Of a DNA stretch of 64,000 bases, positions 40,701-50,612 are shown piece by piece. The notes below the pieces were generated by a model. That model saw nothing but the letters and a program-made list of their open reading frames with translations. It searched no databases and was not told the DNA's origin. Within the stretch, counting starts at the first letter, position 1. Every line of letters begins with the position of its first letter. Source of the stretch: Verrucomicrobiota bacterium (lineage in GTDB: Bacteria; Verrucomicrobiota; Verrucomicrobiia; Limisphaerales; AAA164-E04); the NCBI GenBank assembly GCA_047947115.1, contig CP170459.1, positions 4,512,001-4,576,000 of the forward strand, given 5' to 3'. The translations under genes were made by a program, and so were the position numbers.

Positions 40701-40781
40701 ATTGGCGAATCCACAGAGATAAGCGTCCTTCGTTCCGGCAAGCCGTTGACACTGAAAATTATCCCCACAGCGCGACCTTGA
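37716..40781 (+). CDS. M28 peptidase with TolB/PD40 repeats, PA and PDZ domains
   Basis: FSPDG repeats; GAHYDHLG, GADDNASG, SGEELGLIGS, NFDMVGR; C-terminal PDZ. Start approximate. Confidence 0.92.
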   Translation: MKHGMFMTVIKLMVGVFTLIAFHPFPSQAASPDPQELAYIENARQLTLAGRRSGEGYFSKDGTQLVFQSERDTSNPFFQIFNLDLTTGDIHRVSPGTGKTTCSYYHPDGKRILFASTHHDPKAIEKQKEELEMRASGQERRYAWDYDDTMDIFLANKDGSDVQPLTRERGYDAEGSFSPDGKWIAFCSFRHAFPLNQLSQEDQKRYEIDPSYFGDIYIMKSDGSDVKRLTNHPGYDGGPFFSPDGKRIVWRRFDKEGVNADIMTMNLDGGDVRQITKDFGMAWAPYFYPSNEYIIFTTNKEGFSNFELYVVDRLGYREPVRVSFTDGFDGLPVFSPDGNHLVWTSNRYAQNPGSKDKGQLFMANWNHEAVRAALRRSPVRQAETQKATQKSVKRASDYGDIPVLEGGPGRDPGRAIERKESTLSPQITEKDLQQHVRYLASDELEGRLTGEKGARMAAEYIAKSLKEIGIQPYDNQEGFYQSFEFSAGVEVDESGTFFRFETSNSAAESNQAAQVLSVQDHFSPLAFSENGQFKGDIVFAGYGLKVPGEGAEGYNSYAGLNVSNKVAMVLRYVPEGVDNERRALLNRYSSLRYKALIARELGASGLLVVTGPNSPNSGKLIPLQSDQSLGNSGILAGSITEALADQLLAGTGKTLKVLQDGLDQENPHAVGTLEIPETMVEFAVKLNRIRKADRNVIGLLHPPHSSSSAKEYIVLGAHYDHLGYGEHGGFQVKGEENQIHNGADDNASGVAAVLELAGAVKQFFTQSPEKVERGVIFAFWSGEELGLIGSSHFANHPPLPLNSMKAYLNFDMVGRLRDNKLTLQGLGSSADWKMLIEKRNILAGFQLSLQEDPYLPTDTTAFYPKEIPVLSFFTGSHDEYHRPGDDFVTLNWNGLQRISSFAKSMVLDLVNRDNAPLQYSKVAPSKQQSNRDTLRVYLGTIPDYTTEVVGVKLTGVRSGGPADKAGLKPDDVITSLAGQPIKNIYDYTYALDAIKIGESTEISVLRSGKPLTLKIIPTARP

Positions 40782-41008
40782 CAAAATGGAAGGCATGCAT
40801 CCTGCATGCATCCTTCGGGAGGAGGAATAAAGCCCAAAATGAATTGCACTCAACTGCATTCGCAATTCATTTGATTCCCTCCTATGGGTGAAGTAATTTG
40901 AACGGCATCTTCGAGCCTGTAATTCGCCTTCAAACAAATGGGTTGGACTGTGTATAAGTCGATTCTTTTACGAATTGACGGGGGCGAAGCCTGCCCTTGT
41001 ATTTTGAA

Positions 41009-42058
41009 ATGAATGCTCAACGAATAATGGTCACGGGAGGATCCGGGTTTATTGGCTCGAATTTAATCCGTCATCTTCTCAAACAATCCGATGTCGAGAG
41101 GGTGGTGAATCTGGACGCCCTCACCTATGCCGGTAACCCTGAAAACCTTTCCGATCTGAGTGAAAAGGATCGCTACTTTTTCCAGGAAGGCCGCATCCAG
41201 GATCGAGCTCTGGTGAAACGATTGCTCAAGGAACATCGCATTACCCACGTCATGAATCTGGCGGCAGAGTCCCATGTCGACCGATCCATTGAGGGGCCCG
41301 ATGCCTTCATCCAAACAAACATCGTCGGAACCTTTGAATGCCTGGAAGCTTGTCGAGAAATCAAAAAGGAAGACAACACAGAAATTCGATTCATTCATAT
41401 CTCAACGGATGAGGTTTATGGAAGCCTGGGGCACGAAGGCAAGTTCACGGAACAAACACCTTATGCCCCAAACTCGCCCTACGCCGCCAGCAAGGCTTCT
41501 TCGGACATGATCGTGCGCGCATATCACAAAACCTACGGGATGCCTTGCCTGATCACCAACTGTTCGAACAATTACGGACCTTATCAATTCCCTGAAAAAC
41601 TGATCCCACTGGTCACCCTTCGTGCCACCAGAAATGCATCCCTGCCTGTTTATGGAAAGGGAGAAAACGTCCGGGACTGGTTGTATGTTTCGGATCACGC
41701 CGAGGCACTGCACCTCGTTGCAAGAAACGGCAAAACGGGAGAAACCTATAACATCGGCGGCGATCAGGAGGTTCAAAACATCGAATTGGTTCATCGAATT
41801 TGCGAAATCCTTGACCACCTCAAACCACGAACCGACGGAGCACCGCATTCGGATCTCATCGAATTTGTAAAGGACCGTCCGGGCCACGATTTCAGATACG
41901 CCATCGACGCTTCAAAGCTGAAATCGGAACTCGGATGGAAACCAAAGCACGATGTGCAGAGCGGATTGGAATCAACGGTCAAATGGTATCTCAATCACTC
42001 AGGCTGGTGTGATTCCGTTTTGAAGCGAGGATACGAACTCCAAAGGCTGGGTTTGTAG
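41009..42058 (+). CDS. rfbB: dTDP-glucose 4,6-dehydratase
   Basis: [36 protein letters not shown]. Confidence 0.97.
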   Translation: MNAQRIMVTGGSGFIGSNLIRHLLKQSDVERVVNLDALTYAGNPENLSDLSEKDRYFFQEGRIQDRALVKRLLKEHRITHVMNLAAESHVDRSIEGPDAFIQTNIVGTFECLEACREIKKEDNTEIRFIHISTDEVYGSLGHEGKFTEQTPYAPNSPYAASKASSDMIVRAYHKTYGMPCLITNCSNNYGPYQFPEKLIPLVTLRATRNASLPVYGKGENVRDWLYVSDHAEALHLVARNGKTGETYNIGGDQEVQNIELVHRICEILDHLKPRTDGAPHSDLIEFVKDRPGHDFRYAIDASKLKSELGWKPKHDVQSGLESTVKWYLNHSGWCDSVLKRGYELQRLGL

Positions 42059-42077
42059 TAGAGCAACATTTTTAATC

Positions 42078-42965
42078 ATGGAACCAAGCAAACAACGAAA
42101 AGGCATCATTTTGGCGGGAGGGGCTGGAACTCGACTGCACCCGGCGACCTTGTCCATCTCCAAGCAACTTCTGCCCATTTACGACAAACCCATGATTTAT
42201 TACCCGCTCAGCACGCTGATGCTTGCCGGGATCAGGGACATACTGGTCATTTCAACTCCGAGGGACCTGCCGCATTTCAAACAACTGCTGGGTGACGGAA
42301 ATCAATGGGGTTTAAGTTTTGAATATGCCGAGCAACCTTCCCCTGATGGAATTGCGCAAGCATTCCTAATTGGTGAGTCATTCCTGAACGGCGCTCCCTG
42401 CTCCCTCGTGCTGGGTGACAACATCTTCTACGGACATCAACTCACAAAGGATTTGCTGGAGGCAAACAGTCAACAGGAAGGAGCCACCGTTTTTGCCTAT
42501 CGCGTCAACGATCCCGAAAGATACGGAGTGGTCGAATTTGGGCCAGACAATAAAGCACACAAACTCATTGAAAAACCGAAATCCTACATATCCTCCTACG
42601 CGGTCACCGGCCTTTATTTTTATGACCAAACAGTAGTGGAAAGAACACGTCAATTGAAGCCATCCGCCCGGGGGGAACTCGAAATCACAGATCTCAACAA
42701 CTCCTATCTGGATTCCGGAATCCTGAACGTGCTGGCATTCGGTCGTGGCGCGGCCTGGTTGGATACGGGCACGCACGATTCCTTGCTGGAAGCCGGGCAA
42801 TTTGTCGCCACCATCGAAAAACGTCAGGGCCTCAAAGTAGGGTGCCCCGAGGAAATTGCATGGCGCAAAGGGTGGATCGATGACCAGGCTTTGTTTGCGC
42901 TGACACGACATTATAAAAACAACGCTTACGGCAAGTACCTCCAGACCTTGATGGAGCACAGATAG
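42078..42965 (+). CDS. rfbA: Glucose-1-phosphate thymidylyltransferase
   Basis: [37 protein letters not shown]. Confidence 0.98.
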   Translation: MEPSKQRKGIILAGGAGTRLHPATLSISKQLLPIYDKPMIYYPLSTLMLAGIRDILVISTPRDLPHFKQLLGDGNQWGLSFEYAEQPSPDGIAQAFLIGESFLNGAPCSLVLGDNIFYGHQLTKDLLEANSQQEGATVFAYRVNDPERYGVVEFGPDNKAHKLIEKPKSYISSYAVTGLYFYDQTVVERTRQLKPSARGELEITDLNNSYLDSGILNVLAFGRGAAWLDTGTHDSLLEAGQFVATIEKRQGLKVGCPEEIAWRKGWIDDQALFALTRHYKNNAYGKYLQTLMEHR

Positions 42966-43024
42966 CAACCGCCGCATCCTCTGCTCCTACGATCCAAGAT
43001 CACCCAACCAGGCTCCCACAGATC

Positions 43025-43600
43025 ATGCCATTTGAATTTGTAAAATCCGCCTTGGACGGAGTCGTTTTGATACAACCCAAACGGTTCGGCGATGCTCGAG
43101 GTTCATTCGAGGAATGCTACCATCGAAGGGACTTTGAGGCACAAGGGATCCATGTTGACTTTGTACAGGACAACACTTCCTTTTCGATCAAGGGTACGAT
43201 CCGGGGATTGCATTTCCAAAAGGCGCCGCATGGTCAGGCTAAACTGCTCAAAGTTTTGAACGGTCGCGTTCTGGATGTCGCGGTGGATATTCGTGAGCAT
43301 TCGGCAACTTTCGGTAAGCATATTGCCATTGAGTTAAGTGCCGAATCCGGCAACATGGTTTATATCCCGGAAGGATTTGCACACGGGTTTTCGGTTTTGT
43401 CAGAAACCGCCATCGTACATTACAAGACGAGCAATTATTATCATCCCCAGGCGGAGGGCGGTATTTTTTATCGAGATCCCGAACTGGCCATTGATTGGAA
43501 AACCGATGCACCACTCGTTTCCCCCAAAGACGAGGCATTGCCGTTGCTCAATACGATCAGGATCCAACCCATACAAAAGGATATTCCCACCCAGGCATGA
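43025..43600 (+). CDS. rfbC: dTDP-4-dehydrorhamnose 3,5-epimerase
   Basis: DARGSF, FVQDN, RGLHFQ, GFAHGF. Confidence 0.97.
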   Translation: MPFEFVKSALDGVVLIQPKRFGDARGSFEECYHRRDFEAQGIHVDFVQDNTSFSIKGTIRGLHFQKAPHGQAKLLKVLNGRVLDVAVDIREHSATFGKHIAIELSAESGNMVYIPEGFAHGFSVLSETAIVHYKTSNYYHPQAEGGIFYRDPELAIDWKTDAPLVSPKDEALPLLNTIRIQPIQKDIPTQA

Positions 43601-44454
43601 AGATTGCAGTAACAGGAGCAGGAGGACAGCTTGGCGGGGCTTTTCACGATTATCTGAGCAGGAAAAACTTCAAATTCAGATCCTTTTCACGGGCCGAGTG
43701 GGACATCTGTTCATCACAACAAACAGAGAAATGGCTGAAAAACGACGCGTTTGACCTGCTCATCAATTGCGCTGCCTACACGGACGTCGAGAAAGCTGAA
43801 TCAGACGCTGCGGCCTGTTTCGCTATCAATGCGGAAGGCCCCGGCACATTGGCGCAAGCATGCGCACAAACCAATACCACCCTCGTGCATTTCAGCACGG
43901 ACTATGTCTTTGATGGCAACCAGGGATCAGCTTACCGGGAAGATGATCCCACAAATCCCATCAATGTATACGGGGAAAGCAAACTTCAGGGAGAAACAAT
44001 CATCAGAAAAATCAAGTGCCCCTATTTTATTTTCAGGGTCAGCTGGCTGTTCGGAGGAAAGGGCGCAGGTTTTTTGTCCAAGGTTCGTCAGTGGATGAGA
44101 CAAACAACCTCTCTCCGAATTACCGACGGTGAAATTTCAAGCCCCACGTATTGTCATCACGTTCCGGATGCGGTTTTTCCGGTGATTCAGGGCGCAAAGA
44201 AGGGCTCCACTTTCCACCTGGCCAACCAGGGCTGTTGTTCTCGTTTTGAGTGGGTCAAACATTATCTTGAATCGCTGCCGGACCAAAGCATCCATATTGA
44301 ACGCGCATCCGGTGATGCATTTCAGACGCAGGCAAAAAGACCCAACAACTCTTCTTTGAACATTGAGAAGGTATCGTCATTCCTTCCAAAGCCCATGCCA
44401 AACTGGATGGAAGCCACCACCGAGTATGCATCCTTGGAGCTCTCTCCAGGCTGA
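43597..44454 (+). CDS. rfbD: dTDP-4-dehydrorhamnose reductase
   Basis: TGAGGQLG, AAYTDV, STDYVFDG, YGESK. Confidence 0.96.
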   Translation: MKIAVTGAGGQLGGAFHDYLSRKNFKFRSFSRAEWDICSSQQTEKWLKNDAFDLLINCAAYTDVEKAESDAAACFAINAEGPGTLAQACAQTNTTLVHFSTDYVFDGNQGSAYREDDPTNPINVYGESKLQGETIIRKIKCPYFIFRVSWLFGGKGAGFLSKVRQWMRQTTSLRITDGEISSPTYCHHVPDAVFPVIQGAKKGSTFHLANQGCCSRFEWVKHYLESLPDQSIHIERASGDAFQTQAKRPNNSSLNIEKVSSFLPKPMPNWMEATTEYASLELSPG

Positions 44455-44486
44455 ACCATAGCTTGCAAAAGGAACACCCTCTCAGC

Positions 44487-45515
44487 ATGAAGTTTCACAT
44501 TCTGGAAACATTAAGAAGTGAGATATGTCATTACGCTTCGCCGGAATTGATGATCACTTCCAGGGGGAATCAAGTTTGCGTTCACCGTTCAAATGATTCC
44601 TTTCGTGTTTCACTCCCCTTGCCCGTAAAGCAAAGGTTTCTGGGGACGGCCCGTTTGACTCGCAGATTGTTCAGACTGGACAAATGCAATGTCGTTCCAA
44701 CCCGGAACGGAATGGTCATCATTTATCAAGGCAAAGTTTATCATTATGATTTCTCCAGTCATGCACTGAAGCAGACATTGACGCTGAAAAACTGCCGCAA
44801 TGTGCTCCACCAATCCATCACCGTCATGGATGAGCAGACGGTCCTGTTCGGGGAATACGGCAACATTGCCACCCGAAATGAAGTCCCCGTCTATAAAAGT
44901 CAGGACGGCGGCAGGACTTGGTCAGTTGTTTTCATGTTTCCGGCAGGAAAAATCAGGCACGTGCATGGATGTTACTATGATTCGTTTGAAGAAAAAATCT
45001 GGACGTTAACGGGTGATTTCAAAGGTGAATGTTATGCATTGTGTTCGGATCTGGATTTCAAACAGGTAGAATGGATCGTCAACGGATCACAGGAATACCG
45101 GGCATGCAACTTGTTTTTCAATGAAGATGCCGTGCATTGGGTTATGGATTCCGAATTAGAACGCAGTCATCACAATCGACTTGATCGCAAGACGCGTGTG
45201 ATCAGCCGCAAGCATCCCTTCCCGGGCCCCGTCTGGTATATCAAAGCACTGGAGGATGGTTACCACCTGGCGGCCACTACACAGGAAACCGGGCCGGGCG
45301 TGATCGATGACAAGGCTCATTTGATGGTTTCCCGGAACCTCCAGGATTGGGAAGACGTCTATCACTTTGAAAAGGATTTGTTTCCCAAAAGATACTTCAA
45401 GGCGGGGGTGATTGGTTTTGCAGACAGTCCACAAAGCAGTGATTCGTTTTATCTTTTTGGAGAGGCTCTGCGGGGTCTTGATGGAAAAACGCTCCGGTGC
45501 TTCATATCGAGCTGA
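44487..45515 (+). CDS. Hypothetical beta-propeller/BNR-like protein
   Basis: Asp-box SQDGGRTW, FGEY, RHVH, TGD. Confidence 0.65.
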   Translation: MKFHILETLRSEICHYASPELMITSRGNQVCVHRSNDSFRVSLPLPVKQRFLGTARLTRRLFRLDKCNVVPTRNGMVIIYQGKVYHYDFSSHALKQTLTLKNCRNVLHQSITVMDEQTVLFGEYGNIATRNEVPVYKSQDGGRTWSVVFMFPAGKIRHVHGCYYDSFEEKIWTLTGDFKGECYALCSDLDFKQVEWIVNGSQEYRACNLFFNEDAVHWVMDSELERSHHNRLDRKTRVISRKHPFPGPVWYIKALEDGYHLAATTQETGPGVIDDKAHLMVSRNLQDWEDVYHFEKDLFPKRYFKAGVIGFADSPQSSDSFYLFGEALRGLDGKTLRCFISS

Positions 45516-45516
45516 C

Positions 45517-46125
45517 ATGGTTTCTCAAGTGAATCAAACATTGATCCATTCTTTGTGGAAAGATCTTTCTGAAAAGGAATTCGACCACGCAAGCGATTCA
45601 TTCAAATGCCTGGCCCAACTGGAAGAGAGCTTCGCCTTTTACAATCTCGGAGATCCGCCCGGATATTCCATCGATACCAAAAGGACCCACGCGAATTTTT
45701 TGAACACGGTGACACCCAGTTTCAAAAACCTGACGGAAGACATCCTTTTGGAACTTCGACTGAATATTTCTCAGAAACAGGATGCCCCGAAGACTGGCGT
45801 GTGGACTGAGAAATTATTGCGGTTTTCTGAGCTTAACATGTCACGTTTGAAGACTCGATTGAATGAAAAAATCAAGGACCACCTGCGCATTCGGGTTTTC
45901 GGTTTGCAATGGGTATGCCTCTTTCTGGATGAACATTTTCGAACGGGCGATTACCGCTTTCTGAACACCGCCTTGAAGATGCAGGATCTGGGATGGCTTT
46001 ATAGTGATAAAATGTTACCAAACGAAATAAGAAGACATCCCACCCATCACCCTGTCCCCCTGCTGCAGTTCCGCATCTTGCTCAACACGGCATTCGCTTT
46101 GTCCAGAATCAATCAACGTGGCTAA
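45517..46125 (+). CDS. Hypothetical protein
   Basis: Operonic spacing; DYRFLNTALK motif. Confidence 0.6.
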   Translation: MVSQVNQTLIHSLWKDLSEKEFDHASDSFKCLAQLEESFAFYNLGDPPGYSIDTKRTHANFLNTVTPSFKNLTEDILLELRLNISQKQDAPKTGVWTEKLLRFSELNMSRLKTRLNEKIKDHLRIRVFGLQWVCLFLDEHFRTGDYRFLNTALKMQDLGWLYSDKMLPNEIRRHPTHHPVPLLQFRILLNTAFALSRINQRG

Positions 46126-46918
46126 ACCTTTCAACATCGTCCTGCTTGCCCCCAGTCGTTACAGTCTGATCACGATATGTGTCACCGAACTGCTCAGACG
46201 ATCCGGGGCCAATATCGGCGGAATTTTTGTGCGTCGCCTGTTCAACTCCAATCGATTTGTCTCGGAATTCAGAAGAGACGGCACTCGGTTGTTGCGAAAA
46301 ATCTGGAAGAAACTGATCCTGAGAAAAACGGCCTACACCCGGCAACATCATGAAACCATCAAGGGTTTCATGGAAAAGGAACAGATTGACTATTCGCATC
46401 TGGGTGAATTCAAGCAACGTTTTGACATCCCGGTTCACTACTGCAAAACTTTGAATGATACGGAAGTGGTGCAAGGGCTCAAAGACACTCAACCGGACAT
46501 CGTTGTTTTCACTGGAGGAGGATTGATCCGGGAGGCAACCCTCAACGCATCAGGACACGGGATATTGAATTGTCACATGGGCATCCTGCCGAGATTTCGA
46601 GGCATGGATGTGGTCGAATGGCCCATCCTGGAGAACCGCTTGAATGAAATCGGAGTCACAGTGCATTTCATGGACAAGGGGATCGACACAGGCGACATCC
46701 TTTCCATTCACAAGATCCCCCCCACCGCGAATGAGAGTGTTGCCCAATTGAGAGAGCGGTTTGAACCGATCATGTGCCGTCAACTTGTCCGGACTTGTTT
46801 GGATTTTCTGAATGGCAATCTGGAAAGAAAACCGCAAGCACCGGAAGAAGGGAAACAATATTTCATGATGCACCCCCGATTGCTGGAGGTGGCGAAACGT
46901 TCCCTCTTATCAAGATGA
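46118..46918 (+). CDS. Formyltransferase-family protein
   Basis: LNCHMGILPRFRG, GVTVHFMDKGIDTGDI. Confidence 0.88.
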   Translation: MAKPFNIVLLAPSRYSLITICVTELLRRSGANIGGIFVRRLFNSNRFVSEFRRDGTRLLRKIWKKLILRKTAYTRQHHETIKGFMEKEQIDYSHLGEFKQRFDIPVHYCKTLNDTEVVQGLKDTQPDIVVFTGGGLIREATLNASGHGILNCHMGILPRFRGMDVVEWPILENRLNEIGVTVHFMDKGIDTGDILSIHKIPPTANESVAQLRERFEPIMCRQLVRTCLDFLNGNLERKPQAPEEGKQYFMMHPRLLEVAKRSLLSR

Positions 46919-46934
46919 CGAGATCGGCGTCTGA

Positions 46935-47972
46935 ATGGCCTCCACTGATTACCTCAAAACTCGTTTGAACACCGGCAAAGAACACAAACCCATGGCAAGA
47001 CATGTCATCATCATTGTTGCTTACAAAGGAGATGAATGGCTTCCGGACTGCATTCAAAGCCTGGTGGAATCTACAAACCAAAAGCTGGATGTCTTGTTGG
47101 TAGACAATGCCTTCAATGAAACCCTCTATCAGGGCAAGCTCGGTCACCACACTCTTCAAGTCGTCAAGACTCCGAAGCCCATGGGGTTTGCCGAAGCCAA
47201 CAATTTTGCGCTACGATACGTTCCTGAAGAGACAAAAACTGTCTGTTTTCTAAATCAGGACACCATCAGCACTTCGGGATGGTTGGATCGTTGCCTTGAA
47301 GTATTGGATCAGAACGACACCATTGGGGCTGTATCCCCCATGTTGCGATCCTATGACGGAAAAGGCTGGGACATGACATTCGTCGATATTCTGAAACAGC
47401 AGCCAGATTTCAGCGATGAATGGCTGAACGTGGATAAGGATTGTCCAGCTTCTCAACAGACAGTCCTGGAACTTCCCGCCACAGCCATGATCGTCAAGTG
47501 GCCTTTGTTGTTGAAATCGGGTCCGTTTGACCCCTTGTTTGGCAGCTATTATGAGGACTTTGATCTGTGCCTGCGCCTGCGTCAATGCGGTGCATCACTG
47601 GCCATCTGTCCCGACGCGTTTGTACAACATTTCTCCGGGTCGGTCTCCCAATCAAAGGATGCCCAACTCCGCAGGGCACGCTGGGTATTGCGCAACAGGG
47701 TGATTTACCGGCTTCGCCAGGGCGGCTCATCCCGTCTGGAACCGTTTATGAAACACTTTGTTCTGGCATTTCCAAGACACTTTCTCCGTGCCTGCATCGG
47801 CAGGAAAGGTTCCAACCCGGTGAGTGCTGTCTCAAAGGCTTTTTTGGATTTAATTCAAATCCTGCCGCGACTCATTTCGGATCAAACGGACAAACAGAAA
47901 TGGCAGGCCTTTCTGGATGAATTCCAGTGGAATCAAACCAAAACAAAACAGGCACCTTCTAAACCATCGTGA
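46935..47972 (+). CDS. Glycosyltransferase family 2
   Basis: VDNA, GFAEANN, FLNQD, YYEDFDLCLR. Confidence 0.9.
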   Translation: MASTDYLKTRLNTGKEHKPMARHVIIIVAYKGDEWLPDCIQSLVESTNQKLDVLLVDNAFNETLYQGKLGHHTLQVVKTPKPMGFAEANNFALRYVPEETKTVCFLNQDTISTSGWLDRCLEVLDQNDTIGAVSPMLRSYDGKGWDMTFVDILKQQPDFSDEWLNVDKDCPASQQTVLELPATAMIVKWPLLLKSGPFDPLFGSYYEDFDLCLRLRQCGASLAICPDAFVQHFSGSVSQSKDAQLRRARWVLRNRVIYRLRQGGSSRLEPFMKHFVLAFPRHFLRACIGRKGSNPVSAVSKAFLDLIQILPRLISDQTDKQKWQAFLDEFQWNQTKTKQAPSKPS

Positions 47973-49147
47973 ACATCCTGCACATCAACACTCATTCGAC
48001 CCGTAAAGGTGGAGCGGAAGTTTACCTGTTGGATGTTATCCAACGTTTGACCGCACGCGGGCATGCCTGTCACCTGGCGTATGCGCAAGATCGCCCTGAA
48101 GAACTCTTCTCATCCATTCGTCTGCCTTCCATTGGCAGAACCGGAGACTTTTCACCTGCCGACGACGCGCATCGTTTAAGCGAATTCATCAAAACAAGAG
48201 ATCCGGATTTGATTCATCTGCATGGGCTGTGGAATCTGGAAGTCATCAAACTGTGCCTCTCCATGAAACCCTGCCTGATGACGACACATGACTACAGGTG
48301 GTTGTGTCCGGATTCGAAGTTCTACTGGAAACGTTCCCAAACGGAATGTCCCAGAATCGCGGGATGGAGCTGTGCGGCCATGACATTGACCAAGAAATGC
48401 CTTACCCCGAGACCACTCCAAGCGCTGCGTCATTTGCGTCGAATCAATGGATTCAAAAAGCTACTTCCCCAACTTAAGGCGGTGATCTCCCCAAGCCGGG
48501 CTGCCGCTGCCAGAGTCAAGGCAGAAGGATATCCTGAATCAAACCTGCATGTGCTCCCCTACTACTGCGGCATGCCGAGCGCCAAATCTCCAAGACCTGT
48601 CCCAAAGTCAAAACGGATTTGTTTCATCGGCAGAATTGCCCCTTACAAGGGACTAGAATACTTTCTCAAAGCGCTTGCAGCGTTACCACAGGACGTAGAA
48701 GGTTGGATCATGGGAGATGTCACCGGAGCCAAAGGAAACCAGATCACTCAGGATGCGCAATCCTTGGGATGCGAACAAAAAATCAAATTGATTCCATGGG
48801 GTGACCAGAAAGGCGTCGAAGACGTGTTGAAACAGGTTTCAATATTGGTGTTCCCGTCCATCTGGCCGGAAACACTCGGAATCATCGGTCTGGAAGCCAT
48901 GGCCCAGGGCGTGCCTGTCATCGGCTGTGATATTGGAGGAGTCAGGGATTGGTTGAAACATGAAGAGACCGGTTTCCTGTGTTCTCCCAAATCAGATCGC
49001 CAAATAGCTGAATATGCAACCCGACTTTTTTCGAATGAGTCATTGATGATGAGCATGGGGCAACAATCCATCCATCACATCAGTCAACATTTCCAACCTG
49101 AAACACACCTGGGCAAATTGGTGGAAATATACACTAGCATCCCATAA
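47969..49147 (+). CDS. Glycosyltransferase family 4
   Basis: GGAEVY, GRIAPYKG, PETLGIIGLEAMA. Confidence 0.9.
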   Translation: MNILHINTHSTRKGGAEVYLLDVIQRLTARGHACHLAYAQDRPEELFSSIRLPSIGRTGDFSPADDAHRLSEFIKTRDPDLIHLHGLWNLEVIKLCLSMKPCLMTTHDYRWLCPDSKFYWKRSQTECPRIAGWSCAAMTLTKKCLTPRPLQALRHLRRINGFKKLLPQLKAVISPSRAAAARVKAEGYPESNLHVLPYYCGMPSAKSPRPVPKSKRICFIGRIAPYKGLEYFLKALAALPQDVEGWIMGDVTGAKGNQITQDAQSLGCEQKIKLIPWGDQKGVEDVLKQVSILVFPSIWPETLGIIGLEAMAQGVPVIGCDIGGVRDWLKHEETGFLCSPKSDRQIAEYATRLFSNESLMMSMGQQSIHHISQHFQPETHLGKLVEIYTSIP

Positions 49148-49272
49148 GGGAAGATAAAATGGCAAAAAGCACCATATTCCTAAGGTATTTGCCCCTTGCT
49201 ACAATTTTGACATTCTGATTTTTTGACCGGGTTTACTCTTTCCTGGGGATTTTTCTTCCTCTTTGGCTGGTG

Positions 49273-50579
49273 TGCTGTCCCATAGGATTTCATTCAATCC
49301 CTCAAAATCCTGGGAAATACGCCTGCTCTGGGCGCGCAAGGTTTCTAAAACTTCCGCCTGCTGTCCCACAGAGCATTTTCAAAAATCCGAACAGATCTAT
49401 GCGCGTCCATAACGACGCCCTCACCACTGCAAAGATCCGAGTGAAACTGTGTGTCCAAGCGCTCATCCAGCTCAGAAATCTCAGCAACACGTAAACCAGC
49501 AGCGCCGTCCATACTTGCCACTTGACTGCGTTTGCGGAGTGCCCCAGAAAGTCGGCTAGCTTGAGCGTCTGTTTGATTTGTTTGAAAAACACTTCAATCT
49601 GCCAACGGGCTTTGTAGAGATCACAGACGGTTTGCGCGCTCCACTCTCGGTTGTTGGTTACAAATATCATTTCACGCCATTTGCCATCAACCTCCACCCA
49701 TGCGGTGATTCTTCTGACAACCATTTCATTGTTGAGAACCACCAGTTCGTCTTTGATGATATCCCCGCTGGTTTCCTTTGTGTCGATCACTTCGCACACG
49801 GTTCTTTTCTTCCACCTACCCACCCACTGGACACCGCGTTTATCCAGATCCATCAGATGGTCGAAATCGTTATAAGCCCTGTCAAATATGATGATTTCGC
49901 CATCTTTCAACCCGGCACACAGCTCACGTGCGCGAAGGTTGTCGTTGTGTTTGGCTGTGTCCACAATGGCAAAACGTGGAAGCAAGCTTTCCATATCCAA
50001 ACGCATATGGGTTTTGGCGGCTGCTTTGCGACGCCGATGCTTGGCCCAATCCATACAGTTGGCGACCAGCTCAATGGTGGTGGAATCAATGATATGAATG
50101 TTTCGTTTGAACCGGAAAAGTCCCATGGGAAGTTTACCGCGAGAGAACTGAGGAAAACTGTTTTCCAAATGTTCGAGCACCCGCCAAAAAAGTTTTTCCG
50201 CCATATCAGCCGTGCGGCATTTATTGGCGTGAGAAAGCCCGTTTCGGCTTGGCGGCTTGGCGCCCCTGATTTGTGAAAGCTCACCGGAGTGGATCTGTAG
50301 ACTATCGCAAACGTCATTGAGTCCGATGCTGCGTGAGATTTGAGCAAAGATCATGGAGACGACGTGGCTCCAGGAAGAAAAACTGCGTGCTTTTCCTTCA
50401 GCTCCTGTTTCTCGGGAAATTTTTTTGACCAAATGGCCCGGAATAAGGTTGCAGATTGGCTTGAGAACGGTGAATTTGCTACGGGTTGGTTTTCTTTTTT
50501 TTGATTTCATCCCTGCTGAGTGGCAGGTTTCAAAACAGATTACCAGCCCTTTTTGCTTTCAACCTATGGGATGGCTGTG
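49273..50579 (-). mobile_element. IS4-family insertion sequence (ends approximate)
   Basis: Imperfect IRs GCTGTCCCATAGG (49274-49286) and CCTATGGGATGGC (50563-50575), 11/13 match; no clear target duplication. Confidence 0.8.
49302..50510 (-). CDS. IS4-family DDE transposase
   Basis: IDSTTI, FDRAY, YKARWQIEVFFK (YREK motif). Confidence 0.95.
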   Translation of the reverse strand: MKSKKRKPTRSKFTVLKPICNLIPGHLVKKISRETGAEGKARSFSSWSHVVSMIFAQISRSIGLNDVCDSLQIHSGELSQIRGAKPPSRNGLSHANKCRTADMAEKLFWRVLEHLENSFPQFSRGKLPMGLFRFKRNIHIIDSTTIELVANCMDWAKHRRRKAAAKTHMRLDMESLLPRFAIVDTAKHNDNLRARELCAGLKDGEIIIFDRAYNDFDHLMDLDKRGVQWVGRWKKRTVCEVIDTKETSGDIIKDELVVLNNEMVVRRITAWVEVDGKWREMIFVTNNREWSAQTVCDLYKARWQIEVFFKQIKQTLKLADFLGHSANAVKWQVWTALLVYVLLRFLSWMSAWTHSFTRIFAVVRASLWTRIDLFGFLKMLCGTAGGSFRNLARPEQAYFPGF

Positions 50580-50612
50580 GGAAATATACGAAAGCTGCCT
50601 CCCGACAAAATC

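Noticed and set aside
40788..40816. GCATGCATCCT duplicated/palindromic motif after the peptidase gene
   Set aside because: Short, single locus, no U-tract; function unsupported.
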